From NCBI GenBank assembly GCA_046861395.1, contig JBHHUC010000005.1, positions 1-64,000 of the forward strand: DNA of 64,000 bases, given 5' to 3'. Shown piece by piece: positions 57,171 to 64,000 of the stretch. The notes below the pieces were generated by a model, which saw only the letters and a program-made list of their open reading frames with translations, was not told the DNA's origin and searched no databases. The position numbers were made by a program, and so were the translations under genes. This DNA is from Fidelibacterota bacterium (GTDB lineage: Bacteria > Fidelibacterota > Marinisomatia > Marinisomatales > JABMOV01). Position 1 is the first letter of the stretch, and every line of letters begins with the position of its first letter.

Positions 57171-57244
57171 TAAGATGGTGAATGATCCAAAATACAGGGG
57201 CGGAAAGAGGTTATGTCTGAAATGTAAGAATCGATTTTGAGCTC

Positions 57245-57715
57245 TCAGAACTCTTCATCCAGAATTCTCCGGACGATTACAGCGACAATTTCGTCTGTGT
57301 TGTATTGACCCTGGTTGATTTTTTCACGTATGGCGGTAATGTCTACCGGCCGGGATGACGGTGGGTCCTGGGTTTCCCTTTTTATTTCCTGAAAAAGATT
57401 TTCGACTACAACATCCGTAATTACATCTTTCAGGTATTCCCCTTTCATGACCTTGGCTTTAATGGCCGCCAGCCGATCATGGTCCGTATCCGGCAACCGG
57501 GAAAATGCATTCACATATTTATTGACTTCGGTCCCTTCCTGCAGCAAAGCCTGACCCGTATCAGAAATGGTGACTTTGTCCTTACCGGGACGAGGATCAC
57601 CTTTAGCCGGATCCGATGATGGAGATATGGTTTCTTTCTCCTTTTGGGCCTGTTTTGTCTTTTCGGATTCGGAAAGATCGTTGGGAAAGGGCGGGATGTT
57701 CTTAATCGTTGTCAT
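57245..57715 (-). CDS. flgM: Anti-sigma28 factor FlgM with duplicated C-terminal module
   Basis: Disordered N-terminus, DKVTIS, LPDTD..RLAAIKAKVMKGEY, then a second AIREKINQGQY. Confidence 0.85.
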   Translation of the reverse strand: MTTIKNIPPFPNDLSESEKTKQAQKEKETISPSSDPAKGDPRPGKDKVTISDTGQALLQEGTEVNKYVNAFSRLPDTDHDRLAAIKAKVMKGEYLKDVITDVVVENLFQEIKRETQDPPSSRPVDITAIREKINQGQYNTDEIVAVIVRRILDEEF

Positions 57716-57718
57716 CTG

Positions 57719-58132
57719 TTATTTCTGCAGGATATCAATAATCGGTTTGGTGGCCGTGTTCTGCCGGATTTCCAACGGAGAATTTCGGTTTATCAGGGTA
57801 TTCAATTCACTCAGGACTTCCGATTTCATAATATGAACAATTTCCATGACCCGGGCATCCAGGGCAATGATTTTCTTGGAAACGTTGGATATTTCATTCA
57901 GGATGTGTTCCGCATTGGAGCCTGAATTATATTGAATTTCCTGTTGATAGATCTGCTCAATATCATTGATCAGATTGATATGCTTTTCCCGCTCATCCAG
58001 CAATTGCAGAATTGCTTCAATCGTGACCGAGTCCAAATCATTGATAAACCGGTTGGTTTCCCGGAGAATATGATTAAAACAATCCAGTTCATCTTCGAGT
58101 AATTTTTTAATATTTACGATTCTTTCTTTCAT
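57719..58132 (-). CDS. FliT-like export chaperone
   Basis: All-helical; LLDEREKHINLI and IIALD motifs; directly after fliD. Confidence 0.68.
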   Translation of the reverse strand: MKERIVNIKKLLEDELDCFNHILRETNRFINDLDSVTIEAILQLLDEREKHINLINDIEQIYQQEIQYNSGSNAEHILNEISNVSKKIIALDARVMEIVHIMKSEVLSELNTLINRNSPLEIRQNTATKPIIDILQK

Positions 58133-58134
58133 GA

Positions 58135-59616
58135 TTATCGGCTAAATACCTGGAAATATGATTGTTGTGAACTTAACCGTATCATGGCTTCCTGCAATTT
58201 GGAAAAATCGTCCCGCAGACGCATTTCCCTGTCATACAATAGATCTTCAGTAAACGAAATCCGGTCTTCCAGCAGCGTCAATTCATCTTCAATGACATTT
58301 TTACTGCCGTCGATGGTTCCCCCTACGGCAGTATAATTTTCGATATATGATTTAATATTGGTCGCCACACCGTCCGTGGCGTTAAATACATCAGAAATAT
58401 TGGTGGATAACCCTTCAATGGCGGTGGTGAACTTGTCCATATCCACGATGGATAATTTGCCTTCATCATCAGCCTCAATACCAATATTGTATAATTTTGT
58501 ATACGATGAGGACTGTGCTCCAGAAACAGTGGATACCGTATATCCGCGCAAGGTATTGGTAATATCCTTGTAAACCAAATCGTTGGATAGCAACCCGTTT
58601 TCTTCCGTGTCGGGATTGAATCGGGCATTTTCACGCATAAAAGTGATAACATCGTTATAGGCCTCGATAAAACCGTTTACTTCTGTTTTCACTGCATCCA
58701 CGTCTGCATTCACGGTAATGGTTTCAGTAGTGGTAAAAGTATCCAATAATTGAATTGTCAGACCGGACAGGGCATCGGTTACATTGTTCGAGTCGCGGTA
58801 AAAGGTAAGACCATCCATCGTAAATTTTGCATTTAATTCACTCGTCGTGGCTGATGTACCTACGGTTGTTATGTAACCGCCACTGGTTCCGGTCGATAAC
58901 ACATTATTGCTTATTTCCAACGTGGATAAAAGTGAATCCGCACTATCCGTAAATCCTTGCCGGTATGTATATCCCGATCGTTCGCTGCGAAACATCAGGC
59001 GCGATTTTCCGCTTTCTTCGGTAACCACGGAGGCGTGTATGACTTCATCACTGTCTATTGTTTCAGCGGTAACGGCATTGGACATGGCTGAATTCACGGC
59101 ACTGGCGATATCCAGCAGTACCTCATCATCGGTTTTACTGAACGTGGCACTGGAAACTGTCACGGAAATATCCACGCGGTTCGAGGAATCGGCATCCGTC
59201 GGGTGAGCCACATTAATCGTAAAGGTCTGATCCGCTGTGAAGCCGGTGAAACTGGTGGCGGTATCGGTGTATTGTGTCGACACCCGGGTATCTGAAATGG
59301 CCAACCGTTCCACACTGATGGAATGATTGCCCAGTACCGACGACGATCCAGCTGAAGCTGTTACTTTGGTTTCATCACTGGTGGACGCTTTTTTTGCGGA
59401 AAAATAATCGGTAATCGGATCGGTAAGTTTTTCAGTAACAGTATAAAGGCTGGACAGTTTTGAATCCAGTTCATTAAAGACATCCTTTTTGGATTCCAGG
59501 GTGTTTTTTTTGTTCAGCAGGGCATCAAGTGGCTGCCGCTCCAAGGCAATATACTGACCTACCAGGCGGTCAATGGAGGACTGGGAGCTAAAGATACTTT
59601 CAATATCGACCGACAT
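58135..59616 (-). CDS. fliD: Filament cap FliD
   Basis: LERQPL, ISVERLA, RDSNNVTDALSGLTI, FIEAYN, C-terminal FSKLQEAMIRLSSQQSY. Confidence 0.94.
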   Translation of the reverse strand: MSVDIESIFSSQSSIDRLVGQYIALERQPLDALLNKKNTLESKKDVFNELDSKLSSLYTVTEKLTDPITDYFSAKKASTSDETKVTASAGSSSVLGNHSISVERLAISDTRVSTQYTDTATSFTGFTADQTFTINVAHPTDADSSNRVDISVTVSSATFSKTDDEVLLDIASAVNSAMSNAVTAETIDSDEVIHASVVTEESGKSRLMFRSERSGYTYRQGFTDSADSLLSTLEISNNVLSTGTSGGYITTVGTSATTSELNAKFTMDGLTFYRDSNNVTDALSGLTIQLLDTFTTTETITVNADVDAVKTEVNGFIEAYNDVITFMRENARFNPDTEENGLLSNDLVYKDITNTLRGYTVSTVSGAQSSSYTKLYNIGIEADDEGKLSIVDMDKFTTAIEGLSTNISDVFNATDGVATNIKSYIENYTAVGGTIDGSKNVIEDELTLLEDRISFTEDLLYDREMRLRDDFSKLQEAMIRLSSQQSYFQVFSR

Positions 59617-59626
59617 GGGTAATACG

Positions 59627-59947
59627 CTATTGTTTCATGGCCTGTTTCCAGGTTGTCCGCAAATCGGACAACGCATCCCGGGCAGCGTCAAATTGTTCAT
59701 TTTGAATGAGAAACTGAATATGGCGATATACTTGGAAGAATGTCGTAGCCAATTCTTTTTCATTAAAATTCAGGGCATTGATTAGCTCCTGAACGGCATT
59801 TTCGGCCTTTATCCGGTCTTTTCGAGAACAAAAGGCTATGCCGGCATCAAAGATATAGGTTATTAATTGTTCTGGGGTAGCGGTTAATACTTTTTGTTTC
59901 AAGTAGATATTTGAAGTATGAACCTTGGACATGTCGGAACTTTTCAT
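59627..59947 (-). CDS. fliS: Flagellin chaperone FliS (short form)
   Basis: YLKQKVLTATPEQLI..FD, ELINALNF, LRTTWKQ. Confidence 0.87.
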   Translation of the reverse strand: MKSSDMSKVHTSNIYLKQKVLTATPEQLITYIFDAGIAFCSRKDRIKAENAVQELINALNFNEKELATTFFQVYRHIQFLIQNEQFDAARDALSDLRTTWKQAMKQ

Positions 59948-60018
59948 ATTTTCTTCCTTCTTTCAATCTTTATCCGATAATCATACTGTTATTGGACGCA
60001 TACATATTCATTACCCAA

Positions 60019-60045
60019 ATATCGTCGCTTTTTCGTAATTCTTTA
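60019..60045 (-). promoter_or_regulatory. sigma28 promoter of fliS-fliD-fliT-flgM
   Basis: Minus strand TAAA-N15-GACGATAT. Confidence 0.78.
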
Positions 60046-60065
60046 GTGTTTTTTTGAAAAATCTG

Positions 60066-60093
60066 GGAGGACGGGAATTGCTTCCCGTCCTCC
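60066..60093 (-). terminator. Probable intrinsic terminator after flagellin 1
   Basis: 12-bp stem GGAGGACGGGAA-GCAA-TTCCCGTCCTCC, followed by CAGATTTTT on the minus strand. Confidence 0.75.
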
Positions 60094-60118
60094 TGTGATC
60101 GTTCTGTGCTTATTTTTA

Positions 60119-60943
60119 TTAGAATAAGGACAGAACGACTTGCGGCGAAGAATTCGCCTGAACCAGAGAGGCTACCGCAGTCTGCTGTAATATCTGTAGC
60201 TTCATCACCTCCATCTGTTCTTTCGCGAAGTCAGCATCCTCAATCACGCTACGCGCCGACTCCGTATTCGTAATGGCCACCGCCAGGTTTGATTCCTTGG
60301 CCGAGAGGCGGGATTTGAATTCTCCCACATCCTGGACACGACCGGCCAGGGTGTCAATTGCCGTGCTAAGGGTGCTGATGGCGGCACTGGCACTGGCAGC
60401 CGATGATACATTCACACTGTCGATACTGAGATCAGCTGAATCAGCACCATTCAAGGTAACCGACAATTCATCCGTTGCACCTTCGCCAGTATGGAATGCT
60501 TTACTAGAATAGGATCCATCAATGAGCGCGGTTCCGTTAAAGGATGTTTCAGTTACGATCGCGTCTATTTCCGAAATCAGAGCGCTGACCTGGTCGTTGA
60601 TGGCTGAACGCTGGGTGCTGGACAAAGACACATCCGAGGCCTGGGTGGCCTTTTCCTTCATGGTCTGCAATAGATCCATGATGGTTTGATAACCACCTTC
60701 CGCAATGTTCAATACATTCTTGGCCGTACCGACATTTGCCAGGGCCACTTCCAGTCCACGACGACGACGTTCCAAACCGCGTGCGATCTGGTAGCCGGCT
60801 GGGTCCTCTTCCGTGGAGTTGATTCGTTTACCGGTTGCAAGACGTAATTGTCGCATTGCAATCTTGCCATTAATATCCGAGAGTGAACTCAGAGACTGCA
60901 TCGCCGGAACATTGGCGCCGATTTTTGTTAAGTCACTAGCCAT
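60119..60943 (-). CDS. fliC: Flagellin 1 (274 aa, D0/D1 only)
   Basis: RLATGKRINS..DPAG, NIAEGG, SFNG, IEDADFAKEQ..ILQQ..QAN..PQVVLSL; AAGGAG 5 nt before ATG 60943. Confidence 0.96.
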   Translation of the reverse strand: MASDLTKIGANVPAMQSLSSLSDINGKIAMRQLRLATGKRINSTEEDPAGYQIARGLERRRRGLEVALANVGTAKNVLNIAEGGYQTIMDLLQTMKEKATQASDVSLSSTQRSAINDQVSALISEIDAIVTETSFNGTALIDGSYSSKAFHTGEGATDELSVTLNGADSADLSIDSVNVSSAASASAAISTLSTAIDTLAGRVQDVGEFKSRLSAKESNLAVAITNTESARSVIEDADFAKEQMEVMKLQILQQTAVASLVQANSSPQVVLSLF

Positions 60944-61045
60944 GTGAACTCCTTTTGTTATTGTTAACTTCCTTGTTATCAGACGGCAGTTTTTTATTGA
61001 CATGGGAACCGTCTGCCTTCCGGCATGTCAATCGTTGTTGGTTTC
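60944..61045 (-). promoter_or_regulatory. Structured 5' leader of flagellin 1 (pseudoknot and CsrA-like sites)
   Basis: 9-bp stem 61032-61024/61004-60996; loop CAGACGG complementary to CCGUCUG at 60986-60980; hairpin UAAC-AAGGAA-GUUA; GGA in the RBS. Confidence 0.62.
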
Positions 61046-61052
61046 AGTGTTA

Positions 61053-61079
61053 TTATCGGAGGATTGACGGGGCCCTTTA
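61053..61079 (-). promoter_or_regulatory. sigma28 promoter of flagellin 1
   Basis: Minus strand TAAA-N15-TCCGATAA, near consensus. Confidence 0.9.
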
Positions 61080-61162
61080 TTCCGCTGGACGGCCTGATAA
61101 AATTGATGGGGAAAAAAGATGATTTAACGGTTTTTGATAAAAATCAGTAATAATGATAAAAA

Positions 61163-61189
61163 GAAAAGCCCTCATTTCGAGGGCTTTTC
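61163..61189 (-). terminator. Intrinsic terminator after the flagellin 2-HTH transcript
   Basis: 11-bp stem GAAAAGCCCTC-N5-GAGGGCTTTTC followed by TTTTT on the minus strand. Confidence 0.85.
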
Positions 61190-61211
61190 AAGCGCAGGGT
61201 TGTTGTGTGCG

Positions 61212-61406
61212 TTAGTGTTTCAACTCATTCAGTTTTTCCGTCAGAATTTCATCGAACATGCGATCAATATGTTCCTGTTTCATTTTCCATTGACCTCCGA
61301 GTTTTAACGCAGGGATTGTACCATTCTGGACCAGGCGATAAATCGTTTGTTCCTTGATCTTCAGATACTGCGCTGCCTCTTTTATTCCCATGATGTCATT
61401 TGCCAT
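61212..61406 (-). CDS. Excisionase-like HTH_17 DNA-binding protein
   Basis: MGIKEAAQYLKIKEQTIYRLVQNGTIPALKLGGQWKM; AAAGGA RBS. Confidence 0.9.
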   Translation of the reverse strand: MANDIMGIKEAAQYLKIKEQTIYRLVQNGTIPALKLGGQWKMKQEHIDRMFDEILTEKLNELKH

Positions 61407-61451
61407 AGGACGGTCCTTTCATCACGTTCTTTTAATTGATATTCCGATCGG

Positions 61452-62279
61452 TTAACCGAAGAGAGAAAGAACAACCTGCGGGGATGCATTAGCCTGTGCC
61501 AAGGAGGCGACGGCTGTCTGTTGCAGGATCTGCAACTTCATGACTTCCATCTGCTCTTTTGCAAAGTCGGCATCTTCCACCAGGCTGCGAGCTTCCTCGG
61601 TATTGGTGATCGCAACCGCCAGGGTCTGCTCCTTGGCAGTCAGACGGGATTTAAATTCTCCCACATCCTGCAAACGACTGGCCAGGGTGTCGATTGCCGT
61701 GCCCAGGGTGCCAATGGCGGCACTGGCACTGGCGGCCGTTGATAGGCTTACCGTGCTGATTGTAAGATCGGCTGAATCCGCACCGTTCAAGGTAACTGAC
61801 AATTCATTTGACGCCCCTTCGCCAGTATGGAATTTCTTGGCTGAATATGAACCATCAATGAGTGCAACACCGTTAAAGGATGTTTCGGTAACAATGGCAT
61901 CAATTTCCGAAATCAGAGCACCGACTTGATCGTTAATAGCTGAACGCTGGGTGCTGGACAAAGATACATCCGCAGCCTGAGTGGCTTTTTCTTTCATGGT
62001 CTGTAACAGATCCATGATGGTTTGATAGCCGCCTTCGGCAATGTTCAATACATTCTTGGCCGTACCGACATTTGCCAATGCAACTTCCAGCCCGCGACGA
62101 CGACTTTCCAATCCGCGAGCAATTTGATAACCGGCCGGATCTTCTTCCGTAGAATTGATCTTTTTTCCGGTTGCCAGGCGTAACTGGTGCATGCCAATTT
62201 TCCGGTTGATTGAGGATAATGAGCCTAAGGATTGTAAGGCTTCTATATTGGCACCGATTCGTGTTAAATCACTTCCCAT
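61452..62279 (-). CDS. fliC: Flagellin 2 (275 aa, D0/D1 only)
   Basis: Close paralogue of flagellin 1; GGAGG 5 nt before ATG 62279. Confidence 0.96.
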   Translation of the reverse strand: MGSDLTRIGANIEALQSLGSLSSINRKIGMHQLRLATGKKINSTEEDPAGYQIARGLESRRRGLEVALANVGTAKNVLNIAEGGYQTIMDLLQTMKEKATQAADVSLSSTQRSAINDQVGALISEIDAIVTETSFNGVALIDGSYSAKKFHTGEGASNELSVTLNGADSADLTISTVSLSTAASASAAIGTLGTAIDTLASRLQDVGEFKSRLTAKEQTLAVAITNTEEARSLVEDADFAKEQMEVMKLQILQQTAVASLAQANASPQVVLSLFG

Positions 62280-62360
62280 AGTGACCTCCATGTTGTTTTT
62301 TATGACTTCCTTGTCTTCGGGCGCTGTGAAGCTCCCGACAGTCGGCGATTTCCATCACCT
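62280..62360 (-). promoter_or_regulatory. Flagellin 2 leader with CsrA-type GGA hairpins
   Basis: GGUGAU-GGAA-AUCGCC, GAC-AAGGAA-GUC and AUGGAGG overlapping the RBS. Confidence 0.68.
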
Positions 62361-62367
62361 GCTAACA

Positions 62368-62394
62368 ACATCGGAGAAAATTCAGGAAACTTTA
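62368..62394 (-). promoter_or_regulatory. sigma28 promoter of flagellin 2
   Basis: Minus strand TAAA-N15-TCCGATGT. Confidence 0.85.
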
Positions 62395-62503
62395 GGATTA
62401 TTTCATCGGAAACAGAAAAAAACAGCACTTTTCGCCAAAACCATAGAGAAAAGAAGAAAATATTGTATTTTATATTAAAGTCTGTTGTTAAATATCTATT
62501 CTA

Positions 62504-64000
62504 TCATACATTTCCATTCAATTGATGCATCACGCTGTGTGTCCGTTTGGCTTGCAGGATGAATGTTTCTAGCCTTGCTTCGATGACCTGAGGAAACGGA
62601 TTCCCATCGCTCTCGATAGCCAAAAACGGCAGATTGGGAATTTCCTCCAGTAGTTTGCGTGTGAAATCATCCTTTCGGAAGCGTTGAACATGATCCTGGT
62701 CCATCCCCAGGTTCAACAGCGCTTCACTGAGCCGGTTAGGCATACAACCGAAGGGGCCTATGGCCACGGCACCGCAATACTTGCTTCCCACCTCCGCAAA
62801 CGGTCCTCCGGTGGTTAAAATAGCTTCTCCCGGCAAATTTCGCGATAAAAACATCTCACCCGCTGCCACGATATGGTCTATATCGATAAAGTGGGGAGAA
62901 ATCCATCCTGATTTTGCCAACAATTTTTTCAATTTGCGCTCAATTCGACCTTTGAGCTGACGTTCGATGGCTTTTCCAAGTCTTTCTTTCCATCCTTCTG
63001 CCTCGGTTAGTAATCGTTCCTTATGTAGCCAGTCCACATACATGCCCCATTCATGAATGGGGGCTACCAGCGGTATGATTCCGGCTTTCACCAGGCGTTC
63101 TGGTAACCATCGGCGCGAAAGCCCTTCTTTGCGAACATAGATTTCACCTACAACAAGAACCTGTGGTGTCTCGGATAAGGGCTGTTTCTGCGGAACCGTC
63201 GCCAGAAGCATTGCCGCTTCCTCCACGGCAGGGTTCAAGTGGTCGAAATCAGTTTTCAAGGCATTGATGATCGTTGCCCAGGCCTGCTCAAATATTTTCC
63301 TGGCCCGGGGCCAGGAATGTGCCAACACCTGCATCGTATAGAAAATATCTTCAAACAGATCGGCCAGGATCACGGCCTGCCAGATTCGTTGCGTAATTTT
63401 CTTTCCCAGACCGCCATAACCATCCTGCGAGGACATGGTGAAAAAAGAAACATCCCTAACCTTGTTTTTCTGAACATAATCACGCCAGAAGTCCCGATAT
63501 TGACCAAAGCGGCAGGGGCCGTCGGCAGTTGGAACAAAATATATGGATATTTCATCCGGTTCCCGTTCCTCTTTCAGATATTTAATAAAGGCACCTGTTG
63601 TAATCTGAAGCGGGAGACATTCCTTGCAGGTAGTGTTTCCCCGTCCAAGTTTCAGTTCCTCTTCCGTTGATTCTGGCATTACAACCGTTTTTACACCCAT
63701 GCCGCTGTAACTCGCACCTATCGCTTCCGAGGAAAATCGTCCCATGCTACAGAAGATCAACTTTACTCTGGGGTCGAAGAGATCAGTGACCTCACCCTCC
63801 GAAGTGACAATCGTATATGTTCCCTTGTGCAGCCATGATTCCGCCGGCCGGAAGGGCTTTTCTTTCTGCGTCACTAACGATGGTTGAATTTTTCGATAGC
63901 GGGCAACGATATCGAGGAAAGCCTCAATTCGGGTTTCAAGACCGGCATCAGCAGTATGATTATCCAATTCCAGAGTCAGGGATGGTTTTTTCTCCAAAAT
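62504..64000 (-). CDS. CoA activase / 2-hydroxyacyl-CoA dehydratase-like protein, C-terminal part (5' end outside window)
   Basis: ELDNHTADAGLETRIEAF, KECLP, GPCRFGQY, VVGEIYVR, GPFGCMP, ESDG..RLETF; the frame is open to the window edge. Confidence 0.85.
   Translation of the reverse strand: MLEKKPSLTLELDNHTADAGLETRIEAFLDIVARYRKIQPSLVTQKEKPFRPAESWLHKGTYTIVTSEGEVTDLFDPRVKLIFCSMGRFSSEAIGASYSGMGVKTVVMPESTEEELKLGRGNTTCKECLPLQITTGAFIKYLKEEREPDEISIYFVPTADGPCRFGQYRDFWRDYVQKNKVRDVSFFTMSSQDGYGGLGKKITQRIWQAVILADLFEDIFYTMQVLAHSWPRARKIFEQAWATIINALKTDFDHLNPAVEEAAMLLATVPQKQPLSETPQVLVVGEIYVRKEGLSRRWLPERLVKAGIIPLVAPIHEWGMYVDWLHKERLLTEAEGWKERLGKAIERQLKGRIERKLKKLLAKSGWISPHFIDIDHIVAAGEMFLSRNLPGEAILTTGGPFAEVGSKYCGAVAIGPFGCMPNRLSEALLNLGMDQDHVQRFRKDDFTRKLLEEIPNLPFLAIESDGNPFPQVIEARLETFILQAKRTHSVMHQLNGNV

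Noticed and set aside
60986..61032. preQ1-I or c-di-GMP riboswitch assignment
   Set aside because: Only the A-rich tail resembles preQ1-I and GUUC is on the wrong side of the loop; no c-di-GMP-I/II consensus recognised. Left as an unassigned structure.
56830..61406. Prophage or ICE suggested by two excisionase-like genes
   Set aside because: No integrase, att/tRNA site or phage genes; both sit inside flagellar transcripts.
62403..62429. Second sigma28 -10-like box (TCCGATGA) upstream of flagellin 2
   Set aside because: The -35 position reads AGTG, not TAAA.
1..64000. CRISPR arrays, tRNA/rRNA genes, IS elements, long phase-variable repeats
   Set aside because: None seen by eye; intergenic gaps are short and mostly accounted for. 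A tRNAscan/Infernal/CRISPR-finder run would be needed to exclude them formally.

Overview
Bacterial window. 166-10626 (+ strand) holds ordinary genes: a lipoprotein lipase, a PD40/TolB-repeat amidohydrolase, an NAD-binding epimerase-like protein, an M16 peptidase, small membrane proteins and a NYN nuclease. 10739-62394 (all - strand) is a near-complete ~52 kb flagellar supercluster for a diderm flagellum with L/P rings: flgA-N, fliA, two flagellins, fliD-K, fliM-T, fliW, flhA/B/F/G, motAB and csrA. It ends in a glycosyltransferase/sulfotransferase locus whose core is AT-rich. No fliL or chemotaxis gene lies in the window. A CoA-activase/dehydratase gene runs off the right edge. Much of the regulation can be read from the DNA: four sigma28 promoters, four sigma54-type promoters (three with a non-canonical -12), and a 13-bp GGAA-N5-TTCC palindrome repeated at exact 20-bp spacing upstream of each sigma54 promoter. 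The best candidates for undescribed biology are: (i) a two-hairpin RNA abutting the flgE ribosome-binding site, directly behind a TIGR02530 gene with an RNase-like motif; (ii) two Xis/BldC-like HTH genes in sigma28 transcripts, each next to a promoter with 10-bp-phased repeats; (iii) a pseudoknot plus CsrA sites in one flagellin leader; (iv) an FlgM with a duplicated sigma-binding module; (v) a set of truncated or degenerate phosphorelay proteins. All calls come from manual motif recognition; no database search was run. The short FliS and gene order suggest an FCB-related lineage, which is inference only.
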